In this document: piece after piece, positions 57,007-64,000 of the stretch
Layout: each line of letters starts with the position of its first letter
Numbering within the stretch: position 1 is the stretch's first letter
Assembly: GCF_009914755.1 (NCBI RefSeq)
Contig: NC_060925.1
From: the human T2T-CHM13v2.0 reference genome, Homo sapiens
Reading direction: 5' to 3' (one strand)
Length of the DNA stretch: 64,000 nt
Translations under genes and position numbers: made by a program
Notes under the pieces: generated by a model
The model's database searches: none
What the model saw: only the letters and a program-made list of their open reading frames with translations
What the model was told of the DNA's origin: nothing

Positions 57007-59174
57007 TATAACTGCCAAGAAAAATCTAATCATCCCTGCCAAAGTTTTTATATATTCACATAAACATATTTTGGAGAATTATATAATTTTAAATAGAAAT
57101 AAATCTTTTTAATATATTTATCTACACTAGATGTTGTGCACATAATAAAAATTACAAAAATAGGAATGAAAAATTATAAGTGAAAAATAAAGAGATATGT
57201 ATCGTGATACTCTTTCCCAAATGCTAATGGAACAATTTACAATGGATACTTCACTGTGGTAACTACTAAATGGTTTACATATATTCAACATATTTCTCTG
57301 GCCATAATAAGTAAGAGCTAAATTGAGTATAAAACATTAGAGTACTATGAGAATGGATGAAAATTACAATTTAAGTTTGGTTTTTTCCTTTATTATATAT
57401 AATTTTTTCAAATTTTTACAATGTGCTAAACAAGGAGATGTGTTTAATTGATTCACCCAATATGTGCTATTGAATAGCTGAAAAGCATAATAATATTTTA
57501 CGTATAGAGGGGTGTTTAAACATCAATTAACAGTGATAAATTTTAATTGTCTAGTAGGATTTTAAACGTTACATCTCTTAGAATAGCCTCAATGCTCCTC
57601 CTGATGACGTTGTCAAGAACTAAATGCTATAAAATACATGAACATCAAAAATACAATTTTCTTTTTTATATTTTAGATTTGTGTGGAAAATTTTATGTGA
57701 ACAATGTTATTTTTGCTAAAAGATATATTGAAAAAAGTCCTGTATGTGTTACAGATTTATTTACATCATACATTAAATAAAGAACTGAAAAAATCCCCAT
57801 GAAAAACAAAATGTTATATATAACTATAGTATTAAAGTAATTAAATGATGTAAGTCTACACTATATATAACCTCAAAATTCATAAAATAAATATTTATAA
57901 AGAAAAATGACTAATAAAGTATTGTCTTTAAACTTGAAGACATTTTTAAAATTAGCCCTCTTTTTATTATATTATAATGTGAAAACCCAAAGGTTGAATT
58001 TCTAGGAATTTATTAATGATATTTTGTTCTGTTTCCCTTGCTGAGGCTTTGATAACTATAATTTAACTAATATTTCTTCTTTTTTACTCTACTCAAGTTT
58101 ATCTCATCTGTAGCTGTCTCACCATGTAACCAATATTCTATCCAATGGGTGGAAAGAATCCTACTTCTACTGCCATTTTTTGTTCTGTCAGTCACATGAA
58201 ACAACCACTTAGAGAAAGAAAATCTAGCAGACAAAATCTGATTTAGGAGTAGAGATGGTAATAAGCCAGATGCTGTTGGTCTTTCATCAGTTCATTCTTT
58301 TGAAATTTTGTCAATTATAAGCATTCAAACTAGAAAAAGATGGTATTGGAAAGTTGATTAAAAAAACAACAACAACAACCATATAAAGTGCCTGTTTCCA
58401 CCAGCAAATTCTACCAGGAAAATTTGATACCTTGACTAACTCCTCTGTAAATCAATTTTTTAAAGTCAAAAGATATTTTAAATTGTATTGCTGAAATAGC
58501 CATGAAATAGACTATAAAAAGCTAAAATTGGAAGCAAAATAACAATTCTATGAGATAAATCCAACTAGTTTAAAAGCAGGTACATTCTGAACCTTGCTGA
58601 AATTTGGTTTATGTTTTAAAAATTGTGCAATGGTCTCAGGATAGTAAGCAAACCTATATACTTCCAAATGGACAATTAATAAGAATAAAAGTGAAATCTA
58701 TAATAATATAGCAGTATTCAGGAGATAAATTCTAATGAAATAATGTAATTTTGCTAGGAGCAAGTATAAAAATATTTTATATATCAATAGTTTACTTTTT
58801 CTATATGTAATATTTAAAGAAAATATCTTCATAAGCAGAAAGAAGGGACCTCTATGAAAGATACAGCTGGCCTCCACTGCCATACATTTTCTAGGTTTTG
58901 AAGCTGTAAGAATGAAAACTAAGATTAAAAAAAAAGGTAAAGAGCTATGACAGAAATCTCCAAGGAGTAAAATTATATTCAAGATTTTCAGCACACAGAA
59001 GTAAATTGCCAAGGAACTTATCAAAAGATCAAGAGGGTCACGGCCAAGGACAAAAGACAAATCAAAAGTGAACTGAGTTTATTAAATTTGCAATTAACTA
59101 AGCATCTTCAAACCTAATCTCTAATTTAATTGAATGATTTAGAATCCCTATCTAGGTGCCAAAGACATACATAT

Positions 59175-59177
<3 letters not shown>

Positions 59178-59216
<39 letters not shown>

Positions 59217-59217
59217 A
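59178..59217 (+). repeat. (CA)n microsatellite
   Basis: Near-pure CA run. Confidence 0.95.
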
Positions 59218-59239
59218 CCCCATACAGATATTGCCTTTG

Positions 59240-60245
59240 TCCAAAATAGGCAAGAAGAAAACGAAGAATTAAAACTTATGAAAAAACAGAAAAGACATAA
59301 AATGGCACACTTAAACTAAATAATATTAATAATTATGTTAGCTATAAATAGCATATCTACCCTAAGTAAAAGGAAGAGGTTATCAGACTAGCTAAAAATA
59401 TTTTCTTAAAATCAAGACCCACATATTTATAAAACTGTTTATTAAAATCCAATTTAAATATAAAGACTCAAAAAACTGAAAAGATACACCATGAAAGTTG
59501 ATATGCTATGTTGTTTAAAATAAGGACCTAAATAAAATAAGAGATTTTATTAATAAAAGAGGGCATTTTGTAATGAGAGTCATGGTAAGTTCATTAAGAT
59601 GACTAAACTATTTCAAATGTATTTATGAAACAAATAGCAAAGGCAAATTTTATATGAAACACAATTTACACAACCAAAGGAAGAAAAAGTAAAGGTCACA
59701 ATTACAGTAAGAAATTTTAGCATTCCTTTGTAAGTAACTGATGAAGCAAATTGTAAGACTGTAGAACATTTTGACAATGCTATCAACAAATACATGACCT
59801 AGGTTACATTTTTCAAACACTCTAAAAAACAATTCAGGATATACCTTATTTTCATGTGAACACGGAACTTTCACCAAGATAGTCTATATCCTAGTTTATA
59901 AAACATATCAAAATAAAATCCAATGGACTGAATACATACATACTTTTTTTTTGCTCAAATGCTATTAAATTAGAAATCAATAGCAAAAAATTAAAATATC
60001 CCAAGATATTAAAACTAATGAAGTTTTGAAAGAACCAGTAAATTTTAACTTTGTAAATACAAGTAGTAATTTACAATTTTGAAATAAATGAAATACAAAA
60101 TAATAGGAAAACGCAACAAGGAAATATTAACTTGTATTCTGAAAATAATAAAATTGGCAATTCCTTAAAAACACTGGAGAGAGAGAGACAGACAGCAGGG
60201 AGAGAGAGAGAGAAACACAAATTGTCAATATTAAGGAAAGAAAAC
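59240..60245 (+). mobile_element. Very old L1M ORF2 5' fragment
   Basis: Degenerate EN-region motifs (ggaactttcaccaagatag; attaaattagaaatcaatagc). Confidence 0.55.
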
Positions 60246-60249
60246 ATAG

Positions 60250-61060
60250 TAGAACGTCAAGATCGACTGGGTGAGGAGCTTACCTGTTCAATATGATCAT
60301 TTAGTGGAAGAAAACTATAAGCAACATCATTTTAAAGTGAGTGAAATTTGACCTGGTGCAGACAGCAAGTCAAAAAGCATTTTTCCCCCCAGGAAATCTA
60401 CTAAATCTTGGTAAGAACAGCTGCAGTCTATGAAATTTGAGCCAGACAAGCTCTCATTTCCCTCTGCCCAGCTTCCTGTGTTACAGAAGTTCTACTACAA
60501 GTGAATGTTACCATGAAAACAGGGGATCTCTTTCCCCCAATCTCAGCCATAGGACTATAATTCCATACTAGGAACTGCAGGCCAACGGTATCTTTCACCC
60601 CATCTGCAAGAATTCGTATTGTGGAAGCTGTATTCCTGGAATGCACAGCTAGAAGACTGGCTTCCTTCCCTCACCCAGCTTTCACTGATAAGCCTGATTC
60701 TCTAACCCAGGTGTATTGAGCTGAAAATGCTGGGGCTCCAATCACCAACCCTACAGCTCCCTCTTCTATGTATGATAGATGTTCCAGGCTCCGAAGTCAA
60801 AGCTGAGATTATGGGGTCTATGGCTCTACCCCTAGTTACTGTCATCACTCCAGGACTAATAGTTGGCCTTACCTTCCCACAGCTATGGCACCGTAGCACA
60901 GAGTTTCTGCTCAGGAAGCAGAAAACCAGAGGACTAGTATTTCTATAGCTCAATTGAAGAAGACTGACTTTATCTGGAACCCAGCAGAGAAAAATGCATG
61001 CCTTAAGATGTTGAAAAAATAGAGATATTAGTGGTGAGCAGTTAACACTACTGGCTCTGT
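60250..61060 (+). mobile_element. Possible old L1M 5'UTR fragment
   Basis: caagat start and aaatcttggtaagaacag resemble L1MC/M4 5' ends. Weak. Confidence 0.35.
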
Positions 61061-61411
61061 GAAACATTAATTATCTATACCACTTCTCATTAGCACTTGA
61101 AAATCTGTTTTTAGCATTGTCTCAGCTGTGAAACACTAACAAGGACCTGAGAATACAGTTTTTGATGGTCTCCAGAATTGAAATACTTGGGGTACATTAA
61201 GACTTCTAAAAAATTCAAAATTTATAACATACAGTATATTCAGCAAATCAGGTTCCAGGACCATTTTCCCTTAATAAATAGGTACTCTCTGAGGAGACAA
61301 AGAAGATGTTCAGGAAGTCATACAAGCTAACTGATCTGAAGGCTGAGTACATTAGGCTTAGGGGCACATTTTTCTTTGTATAAAAATATGAATTTTTAAA
61401 TTAAGTCTTCC

Positions 61412-61719
61412 TTTTTTTTTTTTTTTGAGACAGGGCCTTGCTCTGCCTTCAGGCTGGAGTACAGCAATGGTATAGTTCACTGCAACCTCAACCTCCTGTA
61501 ATCAAGCAATCTTTCCCCCCTCAGCCTCTGGAGTAGCTGGGACTATACGTGCATGCCACTCTGCCACACTTGCTTAATTGTTCTTTTTTAAAGTTTTATG
61601 TAGAGATGAGGCCCTCACCATATTGCCCAGGCTGGTCTTGAACTTCTTGCCACCAGCCATTCTCCTGCTTTGCCCTCTGAAAGTGCTGGCATTACAGGCA
61701 TGAGCTACTGCACCCAGAC
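61412..61719 (-). mobile_element. AluJ
   Basis: Diverged antisense dimer. TSD-like aagtcttcctttt / aggttttcctttt. Confidence 0.88.
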
Positions 61720-63129
61720 AGGTTTTCCTTTTATTAAATATGCGCTAAGAGCTGGAATACAGTGTCTACTGCAGAACAAGATTTTGAAATTTAGATTAAT
61801 ATTTAAATGAAATTTATTAAGTCTCAGCAAGCTTACATAATATATTTTTAGCTAAACATGGGAGTATTGTATATGCAAGTGATATGTCCATATAAATAGA
61901 GAAAAAAATGACTTTTAGATAAAATGTTTTCTAAATTTAAAATATGCTTCAGATAAACTAGCTGAAGTTTTGGAGAAAAGCATATGATAAAGGAAAATGC
62001 TTCACTCTACTTAACAGAGAAAACTACGGAAATATTTAATAACAAGTTTCATGTTTCTAATTTCAAAAAATATAAAAGTTTAATTTCTATATAATCTATG
62101 CATTATCTGTTATAACCAAGAGAGTGTGGGGTACAGTCTGTATTAATTATACCCACACCCCAATCTATACCTCAGAGCTGAGGGACCACCATTTTATATC
62201 TGAGGATGTCCAGTTCTGCAGTGGAGACGTTTGTTTTGTTGTTACTGTTTTTATTTTGTTTTTCAGAAAGTGACACATATAAGTGGTACCCATTATATAT
62301 GTAAATGTAACCATTTACACTGCCCTTGGTATGGTAAGTGGTTACTGTGGCCCAGGAGATTCAAAAGCTGAGGATATAAAACGTTGATGCAGCAAGCAGA
62401 GGACAGGTTTCTTTGCAGTGGAAATGAGCCAAACATTGACAAATAAGCACTTTTAATACTTCAGAATTTTGAACATTAAAGAGACAAGAGCAGGAGTTGA
62501 AAACTTTGCAAAATGCAAAGCCCTAAACCTTCATTCTAGAAGTGTGTCAATTATAAGGAATTGAACAATTTCAAACTGGTTAACTGTTCTGCAAATCTGT
62601 TGAAGTACTTCCTGGGAATTTCTTTCCTCATCAATGGTAGAGCTATTTCCATAGTGAGTTAGAGTGATACAATTTTAAAATACATGCAGTTGTGAATGTG
62701 ATTATGCATTGTCTAAATCAAATAAAATATTGAGACACAGAACATGCTTTATAAAACTGGTACAGCATGTGTGGCTTTCATATAGACATATATGTCACAA
62801 AGGTTACAACAAATTTTGAAAAAATAGTTGGAAAATATATGTATTTGGGCATTTTGATGGAAGCTTTTTACATAGAAAAAAAAGTACTTTTTCTCTCTAT
62901 TCCTTAACATAAAAATCAATTTGCAGCAAGCTCACATACTTCAAGGAATAGCAATGATCCCTAAATATTTTAATGGGAATCAGCAGTAAATAAAAATGTT
63001 GAATATTATATTCATGAAGACTGGAGAGACTTTGAGCCAAATGAGAAATCATGTTTAATTTAGCACTGGGGTATCAGAATTAAGGGCCAGCTGATAAAAT
63101 TACCTACATCATTAATCAGATTAAGGAGA

Positions 63130-63530
63130 ATTGTCTGAACATATCAATTAATAGACAGATTATTGAAATAGTTGAGAAAAAAGAAAAAAAAAACCCTGAG
63201 AACCTGTTATATGTTGTCTACAAAACCAATGTAAATATAAAGATTTAGGCAGCTTAAAAATGAAGAGATGGAGAGAAACATACCATGTCAACCCTTGGTC
63301 ACGATTTATAATTCTTTTCATGTGTTGCTCAATTAGATTTGCAGGTATTTTGGAAAGGAATCTTGTGTCCAATTAATAGCACACATTGGTTTGTAATTTT
63401 CTTTTTTCTTGTGATGTCTTATCTGGTTTTGGTATCCAGGTAATATTAGTTTAATAGAATGAACTGGAAAATGCTCCCCTCGCTCCTATTTTTCTGACGT
63501 TTGTGAAGAATTGATGTAGTTTGTCTTTAA
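63130..63530. mobile_element. Old L1M ORF2 fragments in opposite orientations (+ to about 63292, then -)
   Basis: Sense atatgttgtctacaa..gatggagagaaacataccatg abuts antisense cttggtca..ctggttttggtatccaggtaata. Confidence 0.55.
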
Positions 63531-63533
63531 GTA

Positions 63534-64000
63534 CAATTACATGCTGCATAACAATGTTTTTATAATGACAGATCACTGATACAGCCCATGAGATTATAGT
63601 GGAGTGGAGGAATTCCTATCACCTAATGACTTTGTAGCTCTCTAACTGTTATAACACAATGATTTTTTTTAATAAATTTAATGTAGCCTAAGCATACAGT
63701 GTTTATAAAATCTACAGCAGCATGCAGTCATGTCCAAGGCCTTTACATTCACTTGCTATTTACTTGCTGACTCACCAGAGCAACTTCCAGTTGTGCAAGC
63801 TTTATTCATGGTAAGCGCCCTATACAGGTGTTTCATTTTTAATATTTTACTCTTTAATTTTACTCTACCTTTTTAATGTTTAGAAACGCAAATACCTACC
63901 TTTGTTTCACAATTGCCTAGAGTAGACTAACACACTGTACAGGTGTGTAGCCCAAGAGCAGTAAGCTATACAACATAGCTTAGGTGTGTAGTAGGCTATA
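63534..64000 (+). mobile_element. Tigger3 (Golem/MER7)-type DNA transposon, running off the window end
   Basis: TA plus TIR-like caattacatgctgcataac; ctgactcaccagagcaacttccag; tgtacaggtgtgtagcc..taggtgtgtagtaggctata. Confidence 0.8.

Overview
This is AT-rich, repeat-dense primate genomic DNA. AluJ/S/Y, L1PA, THE1/MST and LTR12 elements point to a catarrhine, probably hominoid or human. I found no supportable host protein-coding exon, RNA gene or CRISPR array. The recognisable ORFs are decayed L1 ORF1/ORF2, Alu, MaLR-internal, LTR12 or simple-repeat read-throughs; the rest are short chance ORFs. Main elements: (1) a full-length decayed L1PA8-10 (6266-15389) carrying an antisense AluSc and a complete THE1A provirus; (2) two 5'-inverted (twin-primed) L1s; (3) a solo LTR12 promoter element; (4) many Alus and old L1M/MLT/DNA-transposon fragments. 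I see no new gene system. The most notable signals are structural. First, a three-arm L1PA7-like inverted-repeat complex (33.7-36.65 kb) has poly(A) tails facing outward on both sides, a fold-back junction and a near-identical conversion-like patch. Second, a young L1 insertion with a perfect 16-bp TSD appears to have 3'-transduced an old Alu (41150-41644). Third, a 114-nt Alu segment appears to have been copied from a donor 5.8 kb away into another Alu (43665-43778). Subfamily names come from my recall of consensus sequences and need confirming with RepeatMasker/Dfam.
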